Shown: positions 1 through 11,268 of the stretch, in pieces
Layout: every line of letters starts with the position of its first letter
How positions within the stretch are numbered: the stretch's first letter is position 1
Source: Salinispira sp.
GTDB lineage: Bacteria; Spirochaetota; Spirochaetia; DSM-27196; Salinispiraceae
Reading direction: 5' to 3'
DNA length: 64,000 bases
NCBI GenBank assembly: GCA_965226555.1
Contig: CBDDDG010000010.1
Span: 32,001 to 96,000 of the forward strand
Translations under genes and position numbers: made by a program
Notes under the pieces: generated by a model
Seen by the model: the letters and a program-made list of their open reading frames with translations, nothing else
The model's database searches: none
What the model was told of the DNA's origin: nothing

Positions 1-413
1 CACTATACATACCCGCCATCAGCCGAGACCACAATGCAGCCATACTGATTCTTTACGCAGGACTGATTGTCTCAGACCCCGACACGCGGGTTCACAATAA
101 CAACCAGCGGCGGTTGTTATAATAACAACCACTGGCGGTTTTACACTAATTAAAAGGAGAGAGAAAGCAGACAAGGTATGCTGCGCACTGGAGGGGCAGA
201 AAACGTGCTCGAACAGTTTGCTCCATGCAAACTATTCTCCTCGAGTCAGTGCTCGAAACAATCAACAACGAAAAATATGGTCAAGCCTCACGGGCTATTA
301 GTACTGGTCAGCTGAACATGTTACCATGCGTATACTTCCAGCCTATCAACCTGGTGTTCTCCCAGGACCCTTCAGCTGTTCTTTCAAACAGAGGGATACG
401 TCATCTTGAGGAG

Positions 414-446
<33 letters not shown>

Positions 447-587
447 CCTCCGAACATAGCTACCCAGCGCGTACTGTTGGCACAATAACTGGTACACCAG
501 CGGTCCGTCCACATCGGTCCTCTCGTACTAAATGCAGCTCCTCTCACATATCCAACGCCCGTGGCAGATAGGGACCGAACTGTCTCG

Positions 588-622
<35 letters not shown>

Positions 623-635
623 TGGCGAACAGCCA

Positions 636-691
<56 letters not shown>

Positions 692-799
692 TCCCTTCCG
701 TCGATATGAACTCTTGGGAAGGATAAGCCTGTTATCCCCGGAGTACCTTTTGTCCGTTACGTGACCGCGCTTCCACTCGCCACGGCCAGATCACTAAGA

Positions 800-832
<33 letters not shown>

Positions 833-1213
833 GCAGTCAAGCTTCCTTTTGCCTTTGCACATACACACTGATTTCCATCCAGTGCAAGGAAACCTTCGCG
901 CACCTCCGTTACTCTTTGGGAGGTGACCGCCCCAGTCAAACTGCCCACCTGACAATGTCCAATAACCTGTTTCAAGGATACTGTGAGAACCTTCATCAGC
1001 CAAGGGAGGTATTTCACTTGGCGGCTCCACACAGCCTCACGACCATGCTTCTACGCCTCCCTCCTATTCTACACATGACAAACAAACATTCACTACCAAG
1101 CTGCAGTAAAGGTTCACGGGGTCTTTCCGTCTAACCACGGGTAATCGGCATCTTCACCGATACTTCAATTTCACCGAGTCTCACGTCGAGACAGTGCAAA
1201 AATCGTTACACCA

Positions 1214-1296
<83 letters not shown>

Positions 1297-2042
1297 AATC
1301 AAAAGCTTCTCCCACTATCACGATGCTCTTATCTCTCTTACGATAACAGCACCCAGAAAGTGGGATAACCTCCTTTCTTAACCTTCCGGCACCGGGCAGG
1401 TGTCAGTCCCTATACGTCATCTTACGATTTCGCAGAGACCTGTGTTTTTGGTAAACAGTCGCTCTTGCCATTTCTCTGCAACCTCTCACCATTGTTTCCA
1501 ACAGCTCAAGGCCATACTTCTCCCGAAGTTACGTATGCATTTTGCCGAGTTCCTTAACGTGAGTTCTCTCGCGCGCCTTGGAATATTCATCTCACCCACC
1601 TGTGTCGGTTTTCGGTACGGTCACTCAGTACTTATCCCTAGAGAGTATTTCTTGGCACCATGACTCCATCCGCTTCACCTCACCGTAGCTCGGCTCGCCT
1701 TCACCGCTTACCTCATGGATCGGATTTCCCTGACCCATTCATCAGCTCGCGTGCTTAGACCAGGTATTCCATCACCCAGCCGGATATTGCCTCATGCGTC
1801 TTCCCTTCAGATGCACTAAGTGGTACGGGACTATTAACCCGTTTCCCATCGACTACGCCTTTCGGCCTCGCCTTAGGAGCCGACTAACCCTAAGCAGACG
1901 ACCTTTACTTAGGAAACCTCGGGTTTTCGGCGGACGGGAATCTCACCCGTCTTTTCGTTACTCATGCCTGCATTCTCACTTCTTTTGGCTCCACATATCC
2001 TCACAAATATGCTTCTTCACCCTCAAGAACGTTCACCTACCG

Positions 2043-2481
2043 TGCAAGAAGCCATTTTAATTCACATTTTGCGCTTTCTAATTTTACCCTTTTACCGATG
2101 GCATACTCCTAGAAATATCATCTCTAGGAGCAACCACACAAGAACATCACCACCGATTAGTACATGACTGATTGGCAGTAGGAAAACAAAGCAATATGCC
2201 GTCTTCCTGATAATATTCTACCCGGGGAATGATGTTGCCGTGATCAAAAAACAATTTTCGATAAAGGCTTCCATCTGTTCGATATTCAGCAATATAAGCA
2301 ATTTCACCATTATCCTTAATGTTAACGGTACTGATTATTTCCCCATCATCATTCACACTCTGATACCACTCAAAGGATACACATCCTATTAAAGACAGTA
2401 AACAGAATACAATAAGTAAAGGTAAAAGTAGACGATTCAAAATACACCTCCATATTTAATGAATTAAAATGGCTTCTTACA
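2043..2481 (-). other. Intervening sequence (IVS) in 23S helix 45
   Basis: AT-rich insert between conserved flanks aagaacgttcacctaccg and cccgtagcttcggt. Bounded by a 22-nt inverted repeat tgcaagaagccattttaattca (2043-2064) / tgaattaaaatggcttcttaca (2460-2481). Confidence 0.92.
2147..2440 (-). CDS. IVS-encoded small lipoprotein with MORN-variant-like motifs
   Basis: Same strand as the rRNA. RBS GGAGGTG then TTG start. Hydrophobic leader ending LIGC; motifs EYRTDGSL and YYQEDGIL. Confidence 0.7.
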   Translation of the reverse strand: MNRLLLPLLIVFCLLSLIGCVSFEWYQSVNDDGEIISTVNIKDNGEIAYIAEYRTDGSLYRKLFFDHGNIIPRVEYYQEDGILLCFPTANQSCTNRW

Positions 2482-2569
2482 CCCGTAGCTTCGGTATAGT
2501 GCTTAGCCCCGGTATATTCTCGGCGCATCGCAACTTGACCAGTGAGCTGTTACGCACTCTTTCAAGGAT

Positions 2570-2605
<36 letters not shown>

Positions 2606-4064
2606 CACGACACTTCCTTTCCCACTGAGCACTATTTGGGGACCTTAGCTGACGGTCTGGGTTGTTTCCCTTTCGTCCATGGAACTTATCTCCCATAGAC
2701 TGACTCCTGCATCTTATATACCGGCATTCAGAGTTTGTCTGGATGTGGTACCCTGTGACAGGCCCTAGTCCAACCAGTGCTTTACCTCCGGCACACGCAT
2801 GCAAGGCTAGCCCTAAAGCTATTTCGGTGAAAACGAGCTATCTCCGGGTTTGTTTAGCCTTTCACTCCTACTCACAGCTCATCCCTGCCTTTTTTAACAG
2901 ACGAGGGTTCGGTCCTTCACAACGTATTACCGCCGCTTCAACCTGGCCATAAGTAGATCACCCGGCTTCGCGTCTACAACATGAAACTCATTCGCCCTGT
3001 TCAGACTCGGTTTCCCTCCGGCTCCAACACTCCCATGTCTTAACCTTGCTTCACATCGTAACTCGCAGGCCCATTCTACAAAAGGCACGCCATCACCGGC
3101 TTCCACCGGCTCTGACCGCTTGTACGTTTACGGTTTCAGGTTCTCTTTCACTCCCCTCCCGGGGTTCTTTTCATCTTTCCCTCACGGTACTTCTTCTCTA
3201 TCGGTGACTATCTCGTATGTAGCCTTGGAGAGTGGTCTCCCCAGGTTCAAACAGGATTTCTCGTGTCCCGTCCTACTCAGGCATAGCGCTGTAGAGTCAA
3301 CGGTATTTCGCATACGGGCCTTTCACCCTCTCTGGATGTCCTTCCCAGAACATTCTGCTATACCATTGATTTCTTACTCTACTGATTCCCGCATGCTCCT
3401 CGCGCGCCAGCCTTCAACACCACATGAGCAACACCATGCTGCTTACACTCATCTGGTTTGGGCTCTTTCCCTTTCGCTCGCCGCTACTCAGGAAGTCTCT
3501 TTTGATTTCTTTTCCTCCGGGTACTTAGATGGTTCAGTTCCCCGGGTATCGCTTCCATAAACTATTTTATTCATCTATGAATGTCAGAACATTACTTCTG
3601 ACGGGTTACCCCATTCGGTTATCCAGGAATCATAGGATGTGTGCTCCTCCTCCTGACTTTTCGCAGCTTACCACGACCTTCTTCGCCGGATAGTCCCAAG
3701 ACATCCTCCGTAAACGCTTCATTACTTGACCATATTCATCGTCGGTGATTGCTTTCGCATCTCACGAACGCGGTCATATGTTCTCTTTTCCAATTCGCGT
3801 TGTTTCCTCTTCCGGCACTCGTCGCCGCAAGAGGATCTCGTTACTTTTTTCTACCCATTCCGAAAAATTGCTCCCAACTTTGTTGTTTCCAACTGCGCTG
3901 TTCCCAACTTCCCGGATTCTTCAATTCCACAGCAAGTACAGCTTTCGCTTACACCTCGCTGCTTCCTCTCCCCTTCTCTGGTAAACTCAGATACTCCTTA
4001 TATGATAAGCCTGAGCCCCTGTTTTCACAGGAATTTCAAATATCGTTACTCATGAAAACAAAGC

Positions 4065-4118
4065 GAAACTTGCGCATTGAAAAATTGTGCTTGCACAACT
4101 TCCAGCGGCAAAAATTTC
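4065..4118. repeat. 54-bp palindromic element copy
   Basis: gaaacttgcgcattgaaaaattgtgcttgcacaacttccagcggcaaaaatttc, a degenerate match to the copies at 36420, 37674, 44797, 45798 and 56693. Confidence 0.8.
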
Positions 4119-4174
4119 AAAGCGTGAAGATCATAAAAAATCTCCCACTCCTCCTATTTCATGAGCAGTCTTGC

Positions 4175-4205
4175 ACCATAGCACATCTGCTAACAGGTAG
4201 TAAAT
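4175..4205 (-). promoter_or_regulatory. Putative sigma70 promoter for the 23S gene
   Basis: Minus strand TTTACT-N18-TATGGT with extended -10 TG and an upstream A/T tract. Confidence 0.35.
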
Positions 4206-4429
4206 ACCTTTTTCGCTTTTTTTGAAAAAAAAGTACTAAAAGTTTTGCCTCAGACAAACCTCAGACAAAATTTTACCCGTAAATTCACCCCATCCCCAGA
4301 CAAATCATCTATTTTGCGCACAGCTTCGCATAAAAATGTTACCTGTGCTTATTTTGTTGATTGTACATAACGATAAAGTATTGTAAAATACAAAAGTTTA
4401 ATAAGAACATTCTGAGGAAGGTGAACATA

Positions 4430-5785
4430 ATGAAGAAAACAATTATTTGTATGATATTGATATTGCTGGGAGCGGGAAGTCTGTCGGCGGGTGGAATAAG
4501 AGAGGTGGACGGAATAGCCTACTCTGAATATATTGATTTTGGAAGTGGGCTTTGGCGGAGTAACGACTACCCTTACATTACCGCAAAGCTCGCGGAAAAT
4601 ACAGCTATTGACGGAATAACTTACAGTGCAAAAATGTGGATAACTCTCTATAAAAACGGGAAAGTTAGATCGGGAACTCCCGCGCAGAATATTACCCTCC
4701 ACGGGGTAACCTTTCCGCCCGGAACAATAACACTGTATTTGAAAAACGATGGGAAATCTATTGAGAAAATTGATCTTGGACAAAACACAACCATTAACGG
4801 AATAACCTACAAGCGGCCCGATTATTGGAATCTGAACGGCCTATCTCTGACCGCCTTATCTCTGCACACAGAAAAATTGCGACCTGATGAAAGCGATTAT
4901 TTAACGTCTGAATCGGTATATTTCCATGAAAACGGCCATATCCGTTCTGGAATACTTGCGGAAGATACCGTCATTGATGGAGTGAGCTACCGGAAGAATA
5001 GCAGAATATCTTTTTATGAAAACGGAGTCATTGATTTTGGACAACCTACGGAAGATACCGTCATTGATGGAGTGAGCTACCGGAAGGATTTTATGATATA
5101 TTTCTACAAGGACGGAAGCGTTCGCGATGGGACAGCATCGAAAACAACCGTGGCATCCGAAACTGGCGAAAAAATATTGGACATTCGACCGCTTACGTAT
5201 GATGTTTTCGGCGGCATTTATCTATTCGGCGGACTTGTCGCAAATCCTTTACTTGGATACGCCCTATGGGTAACCCCCAATTTGTCCGACGCTCATTATG
5301 GCACAATAATTGCCAGCTCAATAACAACACTGTTACTTCCGCTAATAAGTCTGAACGGGTTATTTTCTTCTTCTTGGAATTGGGAGACAGGCGCCGTAAT
5401 TTCGGGTGGTATATCTGTTGGAGTAATTTTAGGACTTCCGATAGTTCTGCGGACAGTGTCCATTGTTCTGTCTCTTCCTCTGTTTATTTTAGATACTGTT
5501 TTGGCTTATGGACCCGCCACGAATTATGAATGGTCTCTGGGACGAATACTCTTTGAGGTTGCTACAAGTGAGGCAGATATGGCATCTATTTTATCGCCGG
5601 CCGGATACTATGAAAATCCGAATTTTTTGCTGGCAGCAATTCCTCCCGCAATTTGGTTGCTTGGCTGGGGAACAGTCGGATCCATTTTGCAATTGGACAG
5701 AGCATCGCGCTCTGCCAGTGTTACCCCCATTCCCATAATAACAGAAGATCGAATAGGTCTGACAATGTCCTTCAAATTGCCCTGA
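4430..5785 (+). CDS. Exported/membrane protein with MORN-like repeats and C-terminal TM segments
   Basis: Signal peptide MKKTIICMILILLGAG; repeated (Y/F)xxNG/DG motifs; internal DNA repeat gaagataccgtcattgatggagtgagctaccggaag x2; hydrophobic C-terminal half. Confidence 0.7.
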   Translation: MKKTIICMILILLGAGSLSAGGIREVDGIAYSEYIDFGSGLWRSNDYPYITAKLAENTAIDGITYSAKMWITLYKNGKVRSGTPAQNITLHGVTFPPGTITLYLKNDGKSIEKIDLGQNTTINGITYKRPDYWNLNGLSLTALSLHTEKLRPDESDYLTSESVYFHENGHIRSGILAEDTVIDGVSYRKNSRISFYENGVIDFGQPTEDTVIDGVSYRKDFMIYFYKDGSVRDGTASKTTVASETGEKILDIRPLTYDVFGGIYLFGGLVANPLLGYALWVTPNLSDAHYGTIIASSITTLLLPLISLNGLFSSSWNWETGAVISGGISVGVILGLPIVLRTVSIVLSLPLFILDTVLAYGPATNYEWSLGRILFEVATSEADMASILSPAGYYENPNFLLAAIPPAIWLLGWGTVGSILQLDRASRSASVTPIPIITEDRIGLTMSFKLP

Positions 5786-7127
5786 CACCATTAACGGTCA
5801 TTTCTCTGAGAAAGAGCACTGTCATAGCGGCGCTCCAGGAGAAACTCGAACCGCCGCCGCCGATGCCGCGTTGCGGATCGAAGAATTCATAAAAGTCGAA
5901 GGTGTTGAGAAGTTCCAGTGTTTTTTCGCGAATGTGAGATGCGAGCTCGTGTTTGCCGTGCTGTCTGAGTCCTTGGGCGACAAGCCAGCTCCAGACCGGC
6001 CAGGCAGGTCCCCGGCAGTAGCGGTAGGGTTCAAAGCGGGCATCATCAGGATCAAAACAGGGCAGGCCGTACTTTACCGATTCCATCCACCGTATGATGA
6101 CCGAACACAGAGCTTCCAAGCGCTCAGGCTGCATGGATTCCAGTCCGAAAAGCGGGAGCATACCATTAATTGAGGGCATAGGAACAGATGTGTTTGCGCA
6201 GATATTATAGGGTATGTACATGGAAAGTTCAGAACTCCAACATTCTTCAAGCGCGGCACTCAGAACCTGTATCCACTTCTCCAGCTCATCGGTTGGATGA
6301 CCAAGCATGCGGGCGAGGGCGAGTAAATCGCGGTCGGCACGGAGCAGCATGGAATTTACTCCGATGTCGGTAAGCTGAAAGGGCGATTCGGCGGAACAGC
6401 GGCGCGCGTCATAATTGAGTGAACGGAAAAACTGCACAAGGGCAATGTAATGATCGTAGTCGCTATTGTGGGGACGCTGATCTGCGCCAGCATGTCTGAT
6501 ATCCTGCCGCTGATAGGGCTCCAGATTATTGAGCGGAACATTGTACAGGGCTTTATCGTAGGTCTGATTGTTATCGAATCCGCTTTCCCATGGGTGAATG
6601 ATTTTTACCATGCCGCGGTAGTTCCGCGTTTCATGATACCAGCGGTGATAATTCAGAAGTTTCGGAAATACTTCGCGCAGTTTTTCCCGATCCTCATCGG
6701 AAACTTTTGCTTCTGCAAAAGTTTCTATCGGTTTGCAGTCTTCCCTCTCAATAATCCGCCGTACAAAGGTTGCCAAAACAGGGGGCTGACTGATACCGCT
6801 GGATGGCACCGCTTCCCCGGTCTGCCACACCTGAGAGTTCGGGAAATATCCGCTGTCATCAATATGAAAAACAATGTGGGGCACCATTCCGTTCGGCCAT
6901 TGGGCCTTGAGCAGCATTTCGATTTCCTGCCATCCCCTGTCAACCTCATTCACATAGGCAAAGGCAAGTGAGACAAAGGCACTATCCCAGTTCCACTGAG
7001 CGGGATAGAGCCCATTCCGCGTTGGAACCGTGAATCCTCCGGCATCATTTTTATGAAGAATGGCGCGCGACTTTTCAATGAGCCGATCCATGAGCTGTTC
7101 CGATATTGCCTGTTCCATCTGTTTCAT
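5772..7127 (-). CDS. GH63/MGH1-like glycoside hydrolase (glucosylglycerol/mannosylglycerate hydrolase type)
   Basis: YPAQWNWDSAF, GMVPHIVF, SQPPV, HPWESGFDN, RYCRGPAW and FSWSAA motifs. Confidence 0.85.
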   Translation of the reverse strand: MKQMEQAISEQLMDRLIEKSRAILHKNDAGGFTVPTRNGLYPAQWNWDSAFVSLAFAYVNEVDRGWQEIEMLLKAQWPNGMVPHIVFHIDDSGYFPNSQVWQTGEAVPSSGISQPPVLATFVRRIIEREDCKPIETFAEAKVSDEDREKLREVFPKLLNYHRWYHETRNYRGMVKIIHPWESGFDNNQTYDKALYNVPLNNLEPYQRQDIRHAGADQRPHNSDYDHYIALVQFFRSLNYDARRCSAESPFQLTDIGVNSMLLRADRDLLALARMLGHPTDELEKWIQVLSAALEECWSSELSMYIPYNICANTSVPMPSINGMLPLFGLESMQPERLEALCSVIIRWMESVKYGLPCFDPDDARFEPYRYCRGPAWPVWSWLVAQGLRQHGKHELASHIREKTLELLNTFDFYEFFDPQRGIGGGGSSFSWSAAMTVLFLREMTVNGVRAI

Positions 7128-7135
7128 TTACAGAA

Positions 7136-8344
7136 TCATCCCTTAACACTGCCCGCAACGAGTCCGCCGGCAAAAAAACGTTCAAGAGAAAAGAAAATAA
7201 GCATAACCGGAGCAGTAATAATTATGGCACCAGCCATGAGAAACTGACGGGGAACCTCCTGAGAATTGAGCGAGACAATACCCCGTGACAGTGTGAAAAT
7301 GGTTTGTTTATCAAGAAACATGAAGGCAAAAAGAAATTCATTCCAGGCAATCATAAAGATGTACAGGCCAACTGCAAGCAGGGCAGGAAAGCTGAGCGGA
7401 AGAGTGATGCGGCGGATAACAGAAAATCTGCTGCAGCCGTCAATAATTCCGGCTTCCTCTATATCTCGGGGAAGAGTCTGAAAATAATTCCGCAACATGT
7501 ACAATGAAACAGGTGTCGTAATGGCAGGATAAACGATAAGAAGACCAATGAGACTGTCTCTGAGTCCAAGACTCGCAAAAACACTGTAGAGCGGTATTGC
7601 AAGCACAATGCTCGGAAACATATAGATGAGGAGAATGGAACGGGAAAGTAATTTCTGCCCGGGAAAGCGCAGGCGGGTAACGGCATAGGCTCCGAAGGTT
7701 GCCGGAATCATGGTGATGATAACCGATGCAATGGAGACGAGCAGACTGTTGATAATGTATCTGCCGAAGTTGAATGTCGTCATAACTTCGGTGTAACCGA
7801 CAAAGAAATTTTTCAGGCCGATTGAGAAACGGGGCGCAAGATTAACAGGATTCTGGAGAAAGAGCGCCCGCGGCGTTATGCTGAGAAAAATCATGAAATA
7901 GAAGGGCAGGGTAATGACGGTAATGAAAATGATAAGCCCGAAAATTCTGAGGAAGCGTGAGACGAGAACCGATATTTCTTCACGGCGGTCGAGGGATAAT
8001 TTTTTCAGAACATTTCCAATAGCAAAAAGGGCAAAGAGCATAGCGGCATACAAATTCAGAGTGCTCATGAACTGCGCTGTCGGCATGAATACGCGGACAG
8101 AAATAAAAACCGGAATTATCAGCACCAGTGCCGCAGGAAAAAATGACCACGACGGAAGAACATAGCGCCGACGTTGAAAAACGGAGAGTACTGCGGCGGC
8201 AAAAAACCCGCATATAAGCATCACTATAAACGGCAGCGATGAGACTTCCGAAAGAGCGCCAGTCAGAAGCGAAAGTACATACCAGAGTACAGCAGCGAGG
8301 AAAACTATTAACTCGGAAACAATGAGCGCAACTGCAATGGTCAA
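7136..8344 (-). CDS. Carbohydrate ABC transporter permease (MalG-like, extended N-terminus)
   Basis: EEAGIIDG EAA loop, AWNEFLFA, multiple TM helices. Confidence 0.9.
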   Translation of the reverse strand: MTIAVALIVSELIVFLAAVLWYVLSLLTGALSEVSSLPFIVMLICGFFAAAVLSVFQRRRYVLPSWSFFPAALVLIIPVFISVRVFMPTAQFMSTLNLYAAMLFALFAIGNVLKKLSLDRREEISVLVSRFLRIFGLIIFITVITLPFYFMIFLSITPRALFLQNPVNLAPRFSIGLKNFFVGYTEVMTTFNFGRYIINSLLVSIASVIITMIPATFGAYAVTRLRFPGQKLLSRSILLIYMFPSIVLAIPLYSVFASLGLRDSLIGLLIVYPAITTPVSLYMLRNYFQTLPRDIEEAGIIDGCSRFSVIRRITLPLSFPALLAVGLYIFMIAWNEFLFAFMFLDKQTIFTLSRGIVSLNSQEVPRQFLMAGAIIITAPVMLIFFSLERFFAGGLVAGSVKG

Positions 8345-9558
8345 CTGTCTACCTCCCGGCTTGTTGTGAGAAATAACAATAAAAACAGGGTAAGGAGCAC
8401 AAACAAAACGACCGAGAAAGCAGCTCCGCCGCCAATGTTTCCCGCGCCGAGGGCATACTCATATACCTGAATCGGCAGAGTTCGGGTACCCGCCGCGCCT
8501 CCGGTGAGCAGGAAAATATCATCGAACCGATTAAAGGTCCATATAAAGCGAAGTATGAACACGGAAAGCAGAACTTCCCGGATTTGAGGGAGAGTGATAT
8601 GCCAGAAAGCAGTAAAGTTCCCTGCTCCTTCAATTTCAGCCGATTCATACAATACATTGGGTATTGCCTTGAGTCGGGCAAGGATAAAGAGATAACAGAA
8701 CGGAAAATACCGCCAAGCATCGAAAAAAATGGACGACACGAGCGCGTTCGGTTCCGTGCTCAGGAAACTGATCGGTTCTCTGATAAGGCTGAATGTCTGG
8801 AGGAGTCCATTAATTGTTCCGCTTTGGGCATCGAAAAGAAAGCGCCAGATAAAGGCAACCGCCACAATGGGAGCAACATAGGGAAAAAGGAAGATGCCGC
8901 GTACCGCGCCGCTTCCGGGAAAATCGCGGTTAACGAGTAATGCGGCAAAAAGACCGCAGAGGAGGGCGCCGCCGGAACCCAGAAAAGCATAGAGAATAGT
9001 TGTGAGCATGATCTTTCCCAGTTCCCGCATACCCAGAGCAGTTTTGTAGTTATTGAGAGTGAAACGAAAATTTGTGAGAACATTGTCGGCCCGCGCAGTA
9101 ACAACGGGAACAGTATTGAGAAGACGGTCTTCGAGCGCGCTGCCGCCGGAACCATTCATTCGAAAGGTAATTTCAAAATTATTAAGATATCCGCCCTCAA
9201 GGTTTTCCAGCTCAAGGGAGATACTGCCGTCAGAAAGATGGAATTCCGGCGGGACATTGGTCGGCTCAAGAGTATTCGGATAACTGTCGCGCAGGGTCAT
9301 AAATTCAATAGGCTTATCGGGATTGCTGTTTCGGATTTGATACCGGAGATACAGGATGCCGCCCTCTTCACGCAGGCGCTCCCTCACAATGGGAGCGGGC
9401 GGGCGGAGATCGCCAAGCCTCACCGGCTTAAAGCTGACCCAAAAATTGAGAATAACCGGAAAAAGAACAATGGAAAGCACAATAAACAGAGACGGCGCCA
9501 GCATAATAACAGCAAGACGTTTTTCCTGAGCCTCAATGGTATTCTTCCAATTCTTCAT
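8341..9558 (-). CDS. Carbohydrate ABC transporter permease (MalF-like)
   Basis: LYESAEIEGA EAA loop, ITLPQI, LLTGGAAG. Start MKNW taken after a GGAGA RBS. Confidence 0.9.
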   Translation of the reverse strand: MKNWKNTIEAQEKRLAVIMLAPSLFIVLSIVLFPVILNFWVSFKPVRLGDLRPPAPIVRERLREEGGILYLRYQIRNSNPDKPIEFMTLRDSYPNTLEPTNVPPEFHLSDGSISLELENLEGGYLNNFEITFRMNGSGGSALEDRLLNTVPVVTARADNVLTNFRFTLNNYKTALGMRELGKIMLTTILYAFLGSGGALLCGLFAALLVNRDFPGSGAVRGIFLFPYVAPIVAVAFIWRFLFDAQSGTINGLLQTFSLIREPISFLSTEPNALVSSIFFDAWRYFPFCYLFILARLKAIPNVLYESAEIEGAGNFTAFWHITLPQIREVLLSVFILRFIWTFNRFDDIFLLTGGAAGTRTLPIQVYEYALGAGNIGGGAAFSVVLFVLLTLFLLLFLTTSREVDS

Positions 9559-9631
9559 TGCGTCTCCGTGAAAAATTATTGAAGCAGAGCCGGCTCTTGA
9601 AACAGAACCGGCACCGCTCCAGTAAGAAATT

Positions 9632-11005
9632 CTACTGCATGAGTTCTTCGGTATCTTCCTGCATGAGACGCGCGGCCTCTTCGGCAGAAATGCTGCCATC
9701 GGTATATTTACGGGTAATGTCGGCAATAGAGCGTGTTTCATTCACACGAGCGTAAAGCGCGCCCTCGCCCTTGCTGAATCCCCATCGGCTTCCAGTGTTC
9801 AAACCTTCAACAATGTTCTGAATAACCTCCGGCGGGTAAATGGACGCCAAACTGGCTCTTCGATCTACACCAACAGCGAGATTACTCCATTCCTTCACAA
9901 AACGCTGCGCATCGGTACTGTCGCCGCGGCGAACAGGGAACTTACCCTCGGGGGCAATGGCAAGAGTTTTTGCGTAGGCGCCGGAAAGCGAATACTCAAC
10001 AAACTGCTCAGCCTGACGGGCGGCGGCATCGACAGTAATAACCAGATACCGGACATCGGCATAGCCCGAACCGCCCGGATTACTGGGCCCGGCAATTCTG
10101 GTAATGAAGTCTGTCCGCTTCGCGAGGTCGTCACTGGTCGGATCCGATGTAAAGGTGACCGGCGCGCTGTCGCGAAGGCCGGCAAGCTCATCCATAATGA
10201 AGGGGGACCATACGATCATGGCTGCCCGTCCATCAAGATAGAGTTCACGGGACTGCTGCCAGAAAAGATTCCCTTCGGGGCTCGCATCGGTGAGAACCTT
10301 GTAGAATTCGAGCATCTCAATTGTTTCGGGAGTATCGAGCGATACATTGCCCGAAGCGTCCACAATATCGACTCCATTCGCAAGACCGATATGCTCCAGA
10401 ACCTGCATCATGTAGGTCTGACTGGGATCGGTAGCTGCCACAAATCCGTACACATTGGGCGGATCGTGGAGAACTTCAATGGCCTTCACGATTGCGTCAT
10501 ACGTTGTCGGGGGGGCCAGATTGTTCTGCTCGAAGAGATCCTTCCGGTACACAAGGAGCTGAGTCCAGCCGTCAACCGGCACTCCTGCGTATTCACCATT
10601 GTTCTCAACCAGAGAGAGTACTCCGGGGGCAAAGGAATCGGCGCCAAGATTGTTGACAACCTCGGTAGCAGAACCCGGATCGGCAATTCCTTCCTGAGAC
10701 CAGTTAACAACATTTGCAAGCGGAGCATAAATGATGTCGGGAAGTTCACCAGCAGCAAAGGCAGCTGTTGCGCGCGCACCAAGCTCATTCTCAGATACCG
10801 GAACAACTTCAACAGAAATACCGGTAACGGCTCTGAAGTCTGCTGCAATTTCTTCCTGAACAGCAATTCTTTCAGGTTGTTCTTCCGTTGTCCACAGGGT
10901 AATGGAAGTAACCGGAGCACCTGCCCCTGACATTTCATCGACCCCAGCAGCAAAGGTAAGCATACTGATAAGTGTAAAAACTACAGTACATAGTATTGTT
11001 TTCAT
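9632..11005 (-). CDS. Sugar ABC transporter substrate-binding protein
   Basis: Signal peptide, AAGELPDI, LLVYRKDLFE, RBS AGGAGGTG. Confidence 0.9.
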   Translation of the reverse strand: MKTILCTVVFTLISMLTFAAGVDEMSGAGAPVTSITLWTTEEQPERIAVQEEIAADFRAVTGISVEVVPVSENELGARATAAFAAGELPDIIYAPLANVVNWSQEGIADPGSATEVVNNLGADSFAPGVLSLVENNGEYAGVPVDGWTQLLVYRKDLFEQNNLAPPTTYDAIVKAIEVLHDPPNVYGFVAATDPSQTYMMQVLEHIGLANGVDIVDASGNVSLDTPETIEMLEFYKVLTDASPEGNLFWQQSRELYLDGRAAMIVWSPFIMDELAGLRDSAPVTFTSDPTSDDLAKRTDFITRIAGPSNPGGSGYADVRYLVITVDAAARQAEQFVEYSLSGAYAKTLAIAPEGKFPVRRGDSTDAQRFVKEWSNLAVGVDRRASLASIYPPEVIQNIVEGLNTGSRWGFSKGEGALYARVNETRSIADITRKYTDGSISAEEAARLMQEDTEELMQ

Positions 11006-11084
11006 GAATTCACCTCCTGATTCATGACAGATTATTCTCTGCAAGAGAGAATATATCAGGAAGCGGAAGACTCAGACGGAATTT

Positions 11085-11158
11085 TGGAGGTAAAGGGACT
11101 CGAACCCTTGACCCCCAGAATGCAAATCTGGTGCTCTAGCCAACTGAGCTATACCCCC
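11085..11158 (-). tRNA. tRNA-Ala(UGC)
   Basis: GGGGGTATAGCTCAGTTGG...anticodon loop TTTGCAT...GGTTCGAGTCC. G3:U70 pair present; no encoded CCA. Confidence 0.96.
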
Positions 11159-11268
11159 GTACAGGTTTTTTATTCTTTCATAAAATTAGTGGGTGGTCAA
11201 GTAGGATAGAAAATAAACGGCGAATTCAACCATGGATTTACCTATATTCCCAGCCCCCTGCGCAATTT

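Noticed and set aside
96..141. Two 20-bp direct repeats (aataacaacca..ggcggtt) downstream of 23S
   Set aside because: Only two copies near the window edge; no function can be supported.
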